64,000 bases of DNA from the NCBI GenBank assembly GCA_040384725.1, contig JAZKIS010000004.1:1256-65255 (forward strand). The letters run 5' to 3'. The notes under the pieces were generated by a model. It ran no database searches and was not told where the DNA came from. It worked only from the letters and a program-made list of their open reading frames with translations. Source of the stretch: Patescibacteria group bacterium. GTDB taxonomy: Bacteria; Patescibacteriota; Minisyncoccia; Phycocordibacterales; Phycocordibacteraceae. The position numbers and the translations under genes were made by a program. Of this stretch, positions 55,713 through 64,000 are shown one piece after another. Positions within the stretch are counted from its first letter, which is position 1; every line of letters begins with the position of its first letter.

Positions 55713-57773
55713 ATGGCAACGTTCAAGATGCACTCCCCGTTCCCGCCTGCTGGCGACCAGCCAAAGGCTATCGAGAAGCTCACCGAGGGCGTAGAGAAGG
55801 GCATGCGGCACCAGACACTTCTTGGTGTTACGGGTTCCGGCAAGACCTATACAATCGCGAACGTCATCCAGAACGTAGGGAAGCCGACGCTAGTTATGGC
55901 ACACAACAAGACGCTCGCCGCACAGCTCGCGCAGGAATATCGGGAGTTCTTTCCCGAGAATGCGGTGCATTACTTCGTTTCCTATTACGACTACTACCAG
56001 CCGGAGGCGTATATCGCGCACTCAGATACCTATATTGAGAAGGAGGCGCAGATTAATGCAGAGATAGACCGACTTCGTCATGCCGCGACCCAGGCGCTCC
56101 TTACCCGAAAGGACGTGATTATCGTTGCCTCGGTATCCGCCATCTATGGTCTCGGTTCCCCGGAGAACTATGAGAAGCGGCACGTAAAGCTTTTGGTTAA
56201 TGGGGAGGAGAATCGTGCAGCGCTCATTCGGAAACTCGTTGGCATCTACTTCGAACGTACGAACGCGGACCTCGAGCCAGGGAAGATTCGTGCCGTAGGG
56301 AATGCGATAGAGCTCATGCCAACCAACGAGCGCGTGGTCTACAGGATTCTATTTGATGGGGAGGTTGTCTCACGCATCGAGTGCCTCGATCCGGTCTCTC
56401 GGGCACTTACGGGAACTCCTGATTCCCTATTCGTCTTCCCTGCCAAGCACTTCGTTACGGATGAGGACGGAAGGAACCGAGCAATTGAGAGTATCAAGCT
56501 TGAACTCGACGAGAGGCTTGAGGTATTCAAACGCGAAGAGAAGGTGCTCGAGTATGAGCGCCTAAAGCGTCGCACGTTACATGACTTGGCACTTATCCGT
56601 GAGATTGGCTATACGTCCGGTATCGAGAATTATTCGCGCCACTTCGACGGACGGGCTCCCGGGGAAGCGGCACACACACTGCTTTCCTATTTCCCGCACA
56701 CCAAAGACGGGAAGCCAGACTTCCTCACGGTTATCGACGAGTCGCACGTAACCGTTACGCAGGTGGGCGGCATGTTCGCGGGAGATCGCAGTCGCAAGCA
56801 AATGCTCGTTGAGCATGGCTTCCGCCTTCCGTCGGCTTTCGATAACCGCCCCTTGAAGTTCGACGAGTTTGAAGAGCGCATCGGCCAGACCATCTATACC
56901 TCGGCGACCCCCGGAAAGTATGAGATCGAGCACAGCGTGCCGCCCGACGGACAGGTTGCAGAACAGATCATCCGTCCGACAGGTCTGGTTGATCCCGAGC
57001 TCACTGTCAAGTCGATCGTTGAGAGCGGAGACTATAAGGGACAGGTAGCGGATTTCATCGAGGAGGCAGAGATCGTTATCAAGCGTGGCGGACGTGCCTT
57101 AGCCACCACCCTAACCAAGCAGATGGCCGAGGACCTCTCCGAGTTCCTAAAGGAGCGCGGCATGAAAGCCGAGTACCTGCACTCGGACGTGAAGACCATA
57201 GACCGCATCGATATCCTTACGGCGTTCCGCAAGGGAACCTTTGATGTGCTGGTTGGCGTAAACCTTCTTCGCGAGGGTCTCGACCTTCCGGAAGTCGAGC
57301 TCGTGGGTATCCTTGATGCAGACAAGGAGGGATTCCTCCGTTCCGAGACGTCGCTCATCCAGACTATTGGACGCGCGGCGCGCAACGTACTCGGTACGGT
57401 TATTCTCTATGCCGACGTCATGACCGGCTCCATGGAGCGGGCTATCGGCGAGACGAATCGCCGACGTGCCATACAGGTCGCGCACAATGAGAAGCATGGC
57501 ATCACGCCTATAACGATCAAGAAGGAGATCCGTGATATCGCGGAGAGCATGCGTACCGAGCATCAGAAGACGGTGGTCGGGCTTCTTGAGCTCGATGCGA
57601 AGCTCTACGAGGAGGATCCGACCGCATTCATGAAGCAGAAGCGCCTCCAGATGAGCGAGGCGGTCGAAGCGCTCGATTTCGAGACTGCTGCCATTCTTAG
57701 AGACGAGATTTATGCGCTCGAAGGCAGAGATGTGAAAGAGAAGAAGCCTGCTACTAAGAAGCGTCGCCGCTAG
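55713..57773 (+). CDS. uvrB: Excinuclease ABC subunit B
   Basis: GDQPKAI, GVTGSGKT, YYDYYQPEAY, DESH, QTIGRAARN. Confidence 0.97.
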   Translation: MATFKMHSPFPPAGDQPKAIEKLTEGVEKGMRHQTLLGVTGSGKTYTIANVIQNVGKPTLVMAHNKTLAAQLAQEYREFFPENAVHYFVSYYDYYQPEAYIAHSDTYIEKEAQINAEIDRLRHAATQALLTRKDVIIVASVSAIYGLGSPENYEKRHVKLLVNGEENRAALIRKLVGIYFERTNADLEPGKIRAVGNAIELMPTNERVVYRILFDGEVVSRIECLDPVSRALTGTPDSLFVFPAKHFVTDEDGRNRAIESIKLELDERLEVFKREEKVLEYERLKRRTLHDLALIREIGYTSGIENYSRHFDGRAPGEAAHTLLSYFPHTKDGKPDFLTVIDESHVTVTQVGGMFAGDRSRKQMLVEHGFRLPSAFDNRPLKFDEFEERIGQTIYTSATPGKYEIEHSVPPDGQVAEQIIRPTGLVDPELTVKSIVESGDYKGQVADFIEEAEIVIKRGGRALATTLTKQMAEDLSEFLKERGMKAEYLHSDVKTIDRIDILTAFRKGTFDVLVGVNLLREGLDLPEVELVGILDADKEGFLRSETSLIQTIGRAARNVLGTVILYADVMTGSMERAIGETNRRRAIQVAHNEKHGITPITIKKEIRDIAESMRTEHQKTVVGLLELDAKLYEEDPTAFMKQKRLQMSEAVEALDFETAAILRDEIYALEGRDVKEKKPATKKRRR

Positions 57774-57790
57774 CGTGCTACGATTTACCC

Positions 57791-58876
57791 ATGTCGATTA
57801 AGCAGTTCATTGCCGCGATTCTCTCGGGAGTATTCGCGGTTTCGCTTGCCTGCATCGGCGTAGCGGCGCTCTTCCTCGAGGATACTATCGGTCCGCTCCT
57901 GGTCGGTATCGAAGAGAATCAGGCGCTTGCGACGCTTGTTCTCGAGACGTCACTGACGTCGTTCTTCCTCGTTATCCTCCTCGTCTCTCTTTTGTTCTAT
58001 GCGCTTGGCAAGTACATAGCGCTCCCGATACGCATGGTAACTAACGCCATGCAGTCCTTCGCGAAGACCGGAGAGAAGCCGGGCCCGCTTACGCTCGGCT
58101 GGGCGCCGCGCGAGGTGCGAAGCCTCGCTGAAGAGTTCACTAAATTTACCCAGAGCGTGGACGAGGTCCATAAGCACGATACGGAGATATCGCGCGTGAA
58201 GTCCGACTTCATCTCAACCGCAGCGCATCAGCTCCGTACGCCCCTCACCGGCATTCGCTGGGCTCTCGAAGCGCTCCAGATGGAGCAGCTTACCGAGAGC
58301 CAGAAATCGCTCGTTGCGAGCGCCGTAGAGAAGAGCCATCAGCTCGTGGCGGTTGTCGGCACACTGCTTGATATCTCGAGCATCGAATCAGGAAAGTATA
58401 AGTACGACCTCAAGCATACAGAGCTTGATCAGATTGTCGGGGACGTAACGCGCGATTTCGAGCCGCTCGCTGTTACATCGAGCGTGTCGCTCTTGTTTGA
58501 GAAGAGCGGAAAGGAGAGCGCGAAGGTTTCTGTTGACCGGGAGCGCATACGCTGGGTGCTCAACAATCTTATCGAGAACGCGATTCGCTACACGCCGGCA
58601 GGCGGATCGGTTCGTGTCACTACCGAGCTCGCGCCAGGCCGTGCGTATGTGAAGGTCCGCGATACGGGCATTGGCATCGCCCAAGAGGACAAAGGGAACA
58701 TCTTTGAGCGTTTCTATCGGGCTCCGAATGCCATAGTTAAGGAGAACGGCGGTAACGGACTCGGGCTCTATATTGCGCGTACTATCGCTACCGATCACGG
58801 GGGAGACCTTAATTTCGAGACCAATCAGGGCGGTCCCGGGACCACCTTCACCCTCTCCTTGCCCCTTGCAGGGTAG
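57791..58876 (+). CDS. Sensor histidine kinase (two TM, HAMP-like)
   Basis: AAHQLRTPL H-box, NLIENAIRYT, DTGIGI, GNGLGL. Confidence 0.92.
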   Translation: MSIKQFIAAILSGVFAVSLACIGVAALFLEDTIGPLLVGIEENQALATLVLETSLTSFFLVILLVSLLFYALGKYIALPIRMVTNAMQSFAKTGEKPGPLTLGWAPREVRSLAEEFTKFTQSVDEVHKHDTEISRVKSDFISTAAHQLRTPLTGIRWALEALQMEQLTESQKSLVASAVEKSHQLVAVVGTLLDISSIESGKYKYDLKHTELDQIVGDVTRDFEPLAVTSSVSLLFEKSGKESAKVSVDRERIRWVLNNLIENAIRYTPAGGSVRVTTELAPGRAYVKVRDTGIGIAQEDKGNIFERFYRAPNAIVKENGGNGLGLYIARTIATDHGGDLNFETNQGGPGTTFTLSLPLAG

Positions 58877-58902
58877 ATGAAGACGGGTGATATACTTTCC
58901 GC

Positions 58903-59280
58903 ATGTCTGACACCAAATTCATCCTCGTCGTCGAGGACGACCCAATCCTTAAGAACCTGCTCGGCCACACCTTAGCCGGGAAATATCAGACGCTGTATGC
59001 GTCAGATGGGAACGAGGCGCTCGCGCTTCTCGAGGCGAATAAGCCGGTGCTCGTGCTTCTCGATCTCATGCTCCCGACCATGGACGGGTTTGCGGTGCTG
59101 CAGTCCATTCGCGCCCGCACTGACGAGCTCAAGACGGTGCCGATTATCGTCGTCTCGAACCTGGGCGCCCAGGCGGATATCGAGAAGGCGAAGACGCTCG
59201 GCGCCAACGACTACCTCATCAAGGCCGAGGTAGCGGTAGAGGAGATCGTCGCGAAGATCGAAGGGATGCTCGCCGCGTAG
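58903..59280 (+). CDS. Stand-alone response regulator receiver domain
   Basis: VVEDD, LLDLMLP, VSNL, DYLIK; no output domain. Confidence 0.92.
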   Translation: MSDTKFILVVEDDPILKNLLGHTLAGKYQTLYASDGNEALALLEANKPVLVLLDLMLPTMDGFAVLQSIRARTDELKTVPIIVVSNLGAQADIEKAKTLGANDYLIKAEVAVEEIVAKIEGMLAA

Positions 59281-59354
59281 GCTTCATCGTTCCTTCCTCC
59301 TTTGTGCTATATTCATAGGGTACCTGCCCCGTCACGGGCAGGGCATTTACGTAC

Positions 59355-62018
59355 ATGGCCAAGGCAAAGAAGCACGAACAGCACATCGGCGAGGACTGGA
59401 TCCGCGTGAAGGGTGCGCGTACCCATAACCTGAAGAACCTCTCCACCGAGTTTCCGCGGGGAGCGATGACGGTGGTTACCGGTCTCTCAGGCTCCGGAAA
59501 GTCTTCGTTCGCGTTCGATACCATATTCGCCGAAGGGCAGCGCCGCTACGTGGAGTCCCTTTCCGCGTACGCCCGCCAGTTCTTGAACCAGATGCAGAAG
59601 CCGGACGTGGATGAGATCACGGGCCTCGCGCCGGCAATTTCCATAGACCAGAAGTCCCGTTCGAATAACCCGCGCTCAACCGTCGCGACCGTTACGGAGA
59701 TCTACGATTATCTGCGCGTGCTGTATGCCCGTGCCGGCCAGCCGTACTGCGTGCATCACGACGTACCGATCGAGAAGCTCTCGAAGGAGGAGATGATCCG
59801 CATGGTGCAGGGCAACATCAAGAAGCGGTCTGACGCGCGCACGAAGGAAGAGGTTATGGGCGTCGCGGTCGATAAGACGGCGATCACGGTCTACGCACCG
59901 GTTGTGGTCGGCCGCAAGGGCGAGTACTACCAGCTCCTCTACGATCTCCTCGGCAAGGGATATGAGAAGGTGCTCATCGACGGCCAGCCGCACGCGCTTC
60001 GCGAGAAAGTGGTGCTCGACCGTAACAAGCGGCACGATATCGACGCCATCGTCGACTCGATCTACGTCTCCGAGTTCGATCGGAACCCGGACGCCGCTCG
60101 TGAGCGCCTCTCAGAGGCCCTAGAACTGGCTCTCAAGGAGAGCGACGGCCTGGTTAAGCTCAAGCATGCCGACGGCTCCCTGGAGACGCTCTCAGCCCGG
60201 TTTATCTGTCCGGTGGACGGGATGTCGTTCCCGGAAGTCGAGCCACGACTCTTCTCGTTCAACAGCCCGTACGGCGCCTGCTCGAACTGTAACGGTCTCG
60301 GTACCAAATCTCTGTTCTCTGACGAGAAGTGCCCGGTCTGCGAAGGAAAGCGACTTCGTCCTGAGTCTCTTCGCGTCTATCTTTCAACAAAGAAGAAGAT
60401 GGCATCGAATCCGGACGAGCTCACGGACGTCGGTACCAACATCGTCGACTTCGTGGGCATGTCGATCCGGGAAGCGAAGGAATTCATGGATACGCTCGTG
60501 CTTTCTGAGATGAAGGCAGAGATCGCGTACCCGATACTCCGCGAGATCACCGCGCGTCTCGATTTCATGCTGAACGTGGGCCTCGACTACCTCACGCTTA
60601 ATCGCTCTGCCGCAACACTCTCGGGCGGCGAGGCGCAGCGTATTCGCCTCGCAAGCCAGCTCGGTACAGGACTCGTAGGAGCGCTCTACGTGCTCGACGA
60701 GCCGACGATCGGCCTCCACCAACGCGACAATGACCGCCTCATAAAGACGCTTTTGAAATTGAAGGAGCTCGGCAATACGATTCTCGTGGTTGAGCACGAC
60801 GAGGATACGATCTACGCATCCGATTACATCCTCGACATCGGTCCGGGTGCTGGGGTGCATGGCGGCACCATCGTTGCCGAAGGATGGCTCGACGACTTGC
60901 TAACTGCTCCGAAGAACGAGAGCGGCTCGTCGACGCTTTCATACCTACGTGAGGAGACTCGGATCGAGCTGCCTGAGGCGCGTCGTTCTGGCGAGAAGGG
61001 ATCGATCAAGATAAAGGGAGCGACGCTCCATAACATCAAGAATCAGAACGTCGAGGTGCCGCTCGGGAAGCTCGTCTGTATCACGGGCGTCTCAGGTTCC
61101 GGAAAGTCTACGTTCCTCTACGACATCCTTCACAAGAACGTCGCTGCGCGCTTCAGCCGCAAACAAGCGGAAGTCGAGCATGCGGCGAGCATCACGGGTA
61201 CCGAGTATCTCGGCCGTGTCGTGCTTATCGACCAGTCCGCTATCGGGCGCACTCCGCGCTCGAACCCGGCTACGTATACCGGTGCGTTCACGCATATCCG
61301 CGATCTGTTCGCGGCATCGAGCGAAGCGCGTGCACGCGGCTGGAAGCCGGGACGATTCTCGTTCAACGTTGCGGGCGGACGCTGCGAGGCCTGCCAAGGC
61401 AACGGCATGATCGCGGTTGAGATGCATTTCCTACCAACGGTGTATGTTACGTGCGACGTGTGCAACGGAACGCGCTACATGAAGGAGACGCTCGAGGTTA
61501 CGTATCGCGGGAAGAATATCTACGACGTGCTCCAGATGACCATTGAGGAAGCGGAGGCCTTCTTCAAGGACATTCCTTCTATCAATGATCGCCTCGAGAC
61601 GCTTAACTCTACGGGTCTCCAGTACCTCACGCTCGGCCAGAGCGCGACGACACTGTCTGGCGGCGAAGCGCAGCGCGTGAAGATATCGAGCGAGCTCTAT
61701 CGTCCTATCACGATGAAGACACTGTATCTTCTCGACGAGCCCACCGTGGGACTCCATTACGAGGACGTCAGGAAGCTTATCGATATCCTCCAGGAACTGG
61801 TGCGTCGTGGGAACACGGTCGTGGTTATCGAGCATAACCTCGATGTGATCAAGTCTGCGGACCATATCATCGACTTCGGTCCTGAAGGCGGCACGGGTGG
61901 CGGCAAGATAATCGCGAAGGGAACGCCCGAGGAGGTCGCGGAGGTAGAAGGTTCGCACACGGGCGAGTACCTCGCGAAACTTCTGAAGAAGCACAAGAAA
62001 CCGGTAAAGAAGGGATAG
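59355..62018 (+). CDS. uvrA: Excinuclease ABC subunit A
   Basis: GLSGSGKSS, two [23 protein letters not shown] zinc finger. Confidence 0.97.
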   Translation: MAKAKKHEQHIGEDWIRVKGARTHNLKNLSTEFPRGAMTVVTGLSGSGKSSFAFDTIFAEGQRRYVESLSAYARQFLNQMQKPDVDEITGLAPAISIDQKSRSNNPRSTVATVTEIYDYLRVLYARAGQPYCVHHDVPIEKLSKEEMIRMVQGNIKKRSDARTKEEVMGVAVDKTAITVYAPVVVGRKGEYYQLLYDLLGKGYEKVLIDGQPHALREKVVLDRNKRHDIDAIVDSIYVSEFDRNPDAARERLSEALELALKESDGLVKLKHADGSLETLSARFICPVDGMSFPEVEPRLFSFNSPYGACSNCNGLGTKSLFSDEKCPVCEGKRLRPESLRVYLSTKKKMASNPDELTDVGTNIVDFVGMSIREAKEFMDTLVLSEMKAEIAYPILREITARLDFMLNVGLDYLTLNRSAATLSGGEAQRIRLASQLGTGLVGALYVLDEPTIGLHQRDNDRLIKTLLKLKELGNTILVVEHDEDTIYASDYILDIGPGAGVHGGTIVAEGWLDDLLTAPKNESGSSTLSYLREETRIELPEARRSGEKGSIKIKGATLHNIKNQNVEVPLGKLVCITGVSGSGKSTFLYDILHKNVAARFSRKQAEVEHAASITGTEYLGRVVLIDQSAIGRTPRSNPATYTGAFTHIRDLFAASSEARARGWKPGRFSFNVAGGRCEACQGNGMIAVEMHFLPTVYVTCDVCNGTRYMKETLEVTYRGKNIYDVLQMTIEEAEAFFKDIPSINDRLETLNSTGLQYLTLGQSATTLSGGEAQRVKISSELYRPITMKTLYLLDEPTVGLHYEDVRKLIDILQELVRRGNTVVVIEHNLDVIKSADHIIDFGPEGGTGGGKIIAKGTPEEVAEVEGSHTGEYLAKLLKKHKKPVKKG

Positions 62019-62068
62019 GCGAGCGTGCTAGTCTTAGACTTTAGAGCACAATTCTTTGGGAGGGTAAC

Positions 62069-62404
62069 GTGCGCCAGACGATTACACGGTACGAATTCGA
62101 CCTACTCGATTGCGTGTACATTCAGGCTTGCGAACGTCATCGCGCCAGGCTACTCGAAACGATCCGAGGCTATTTCTTCGAGAATCGTGAGCACGGCTTC
62201 GGTGACTGGAAACCTGAATCAAACGATGAGGAGCTGTTCCTCTACGCGTATGCGAAATATACGCTGTCGTCAGCTTCGGCACCGCTGACTATTGCGCGTG
62301 CACGTGACGATTGGGAGATGTGGAAGTATCGCCGCAAGATCCCGGACTACCTCTGTTCCTACTATCGCAATGCCCTGTGGCAACGAATCGAGATCGCTGC
62401 CTAG
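62069..62404 (+). CDS. Hypothetical protein
   Basis: GGGAGGG SD before GTG; own terminator AGGCCCGC-TTCG-GCGGGCCTTTT at 62408-62430. Confidence 0.62.
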   Translation: MRQTITRYEFDLLDCVYIQACERHRARLLETIRGYFFENREHGFGDWKPESNDEELFLYAYAKYTLSSASAPLTIARARDDWEMWKYRRKIPDYLCSYYRNALWQRIEIAA

Positions 62405-62462
62405 ATCAGGCCCGCTTCGGCGGGCCTTTTCCAATAGCTAGGTTAGCCGGTAGGATAGCGCT

Positions 62463-63719
62463 ATGGAACGAGCAGATCTCACACGGTTCGAGCTCCCGGA
62501 TTGCCCGGGCGTCTATCTCTTTACGCAAGGGAAGGGTCGCTCGAAGAAGATTCTCTATATTGGGAAAGCAACGTCGCTCCGCGATAGGGTGCGTTCGTAT
62601 TTTGATATCGAACTCATTGCGACGCGTGGTCCCCGCATTGTGGACATGGTTACGAAGGCGGATAGCGTCTCGTACGAAGCGACACCGACGGTGCTTGAGG
62701 CACTGGTGCGCGAGGCAGCACTCATCCGCGAGCACCTGCCTCCCGCGAACTCTATGGGCAAGGACGATAAGACCTTCCTGTATGCCGTCATTACGGACGA
62801 GGAGATACCGCGCGTCCTTGCCGTGCGTGGTGCTGAGCTCGACATGAAAGCCAAGAAGGTGATCATGACGGGCCTCAAGCTCAAGGCGATACACGGCCCG
62901 TTTCCCTCAGGGTATCAGCTTCGCGAAGGGTTGAAGCTCATACGGCGTATCTTCCCTTTCTATGACACCCAGAAGCCAGTTGGCGAAGGGAATAAGCACC
63001 TACAGGCGAAGGTAGAGTTCAATCGACAAATCGGGCATTACCCGAAGGACATGACCCGTTCTGCGTACATGCGCTCGATCAGAAACGTCTCCTTGTTCCT
63101 CTCCGGACGCGTGAAGGCGCTCCGTGCGCAGCTCATGCGCGATATGAAGGCATTCGCCAAGGAAGAGCGTTTCGAGGAAGCAGGACAAGCGCGCAAGCAG
63201 CTGTTCGCGCTCGACCACATCCAAGACGTAGCTCTTATCAAAGAAGACCGAGGAGACGATCAGGGTCCGCGCATCGAAGCGTATGACACGGCGCATATCT
63301 CAGGAACGAATGCGATCGGCGTTATGACGGTTGTAGAGAACGGTATGCCCGTTAAGAAGGACTACCGGACCTTCAAGATCCAGGGCCGAGGCGGGAAGTC
63401 CTTGAACGACGATATCGCCTCTCTGAAAGAGATCCTCTCTCGCAGGCTCGGGCACCCGGAGTGGCCGCTACCGAAAGCGTTCGTGGTTGATGGGGGAAAG
63501 ACCCATAAGAAAGCCGCAGAAGACGTGCTGAAGGAAGTGGGTATAGGGCTCCCGGTGGTTGCGGTTGTGAAAGACGAGAAGCATCGGCCGCGCGAGGTGC
63601 TCGGCGGGCTCCGAGCAGGAGTGTCTGACGCTGATGCCGTACTCGTGAACAGCGAGGCGCATCGCTTTGCCCTTTCGAACCATAGGAAAGCACGTACGCG
63701 GGCGATGCGTAAAATCTAA
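62463..63719 (+). CDS. uvrC: Excinuclease ABC subunit C (short)
   Basis: PGVYLF..YIGKATSLRDRVRSYF GIY-YIG, RIEAYDTAHISG, VDGG, EAHRFA; no HhH tail. Confidence 0.9.
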   Translation: MERADLTRFELPDCPGVYLFTQGKGRSKKILYIGKATSLRDRVRSYFDIELIATRGPRIVDMVTKADSVSYEATPTVLEALVREAALIREHLPPANSMGKDDKTFLYAVITDEEIPRVLAVRGAELDMKAKKVIMTGLKLKAIHGPFPSGYQLREGLKLIRRIFPFYDTQKPVGEGNKHLQAKVEFNRQIGHYPKDMTRSAYMRSIRNVSLFLSGRVKALRAQLMRDMKAFAKEERFEEAGQARKQLFALDHIQDVALIKEDRGDDQGPRIEAYDTAHISGTNAIGVMTVVENGMPVKKDYRTFKIQGRGGKSLNDDIASLKEILSRRLGHPEWPLPKAFVVDGGKTHKKAAEDVLKEVGIGLPVVAVVKDEKHRPREVLGGLRAGVSDADAVLVNSEAHRFALSNHRKARTRAMRKI

Positions 63720-63755
63720 CGCTCTCCCGTATCGGTGCTGGTATACTCATGCTAT

Positions 63756-64000
63756 ATGAGAGGCACCGTTGTCGGCGTATTGCGGGGAGGTCCGTCAAAA
63801 GAGCACGAAGTCTCGCTCAAGACGGGTCATGCGATCATCACGAACCTGCCTGAGGATCGGTATACCACCCGTGATATCTACATAGACAAGGAAGGAGCGT
63901 GGCACGAGCGCGGACGTCCTACGACGCCTGACCGTGTGCTGCCTTCTGTTGATGCGGTTGTTATCGGTCTGCACGGGGAATACGGAGAGGACGGGGAAGT
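63756..64000 (+). CDS. ddl: D-alanine--D-alanine ligase (partial, runs off window)
   Basis: VGVLRGGPSKEHEVSLKTG..IGLHGEYGEDG. Confidence 0.9.
   Translation, partial: MRGTVVGVLRGGPSKEHEVSLKTGHAIITNLPEDRYTTRDIYIDKEGAWHERGRPTTPDRVLPSVDAVVIGLHGEYGEDGE

Noticed and set aside
1-64000. Alternative genetic code (UGA=Gly as in Gracilibacteria/SR1)
   Set aside because: Conserved genes are full length in code 11, TGA ends genes such as dprA and the ECF sigma factor, and tRNA-Trp has a CCA anticodon.

Overview
A 64 kb chromosomal window from a Patescibacteria (CPR) genome, probably Parcubacteria. This assignment is inferred from the minimal IF-2, short UvrC and DnaX, T4SS-pilin fusions, a VirD4-like ATPase and near-absent biosynthesis genes; it uses the standard genetic code. 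The backbone is housekeeping (rbfA, infB, iscS, clpB, rpmG, miaA, ahpC, parB, rel, topA, dprA, serS, ftsQ-like, dus, dnaX, tgt, uvrB/A/C, ddl) with five tRNAs (Leu-TAA, Cys, Trp, Leu-CAA, Gln). Four non-routine signals stand out. (1) Downstream of tRNA-Gln, single cargo genes are separated by a recurring ~33 bp element whose changes look synonymous for an antisense peptide (DDVGTFL-like); downstream of tRNA-Trp an 11 bp att-like duplicate continues into a similar peptide remnant. Both look like integron-like, tRNA-anchored cassette accretion with no integrase left. (2) There are two expression grammars: core genes look leaderless (-10 box 5-10 nt before the ATG), while scattered orphans carry -35/-10 promoters, an SD, often a boxA-like leader motif, and their own terminator. 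(3) Two paralogous VirB2-like pilins carry different putative cell-wall hydrolase heads. (4) Metal-ligand cysteines are lost in TGT, DnaX and UvrC. No CRISPR array, rRNA or intact transposase/integrase was seen. All family calls come from motif recognition by eye, not database searches.
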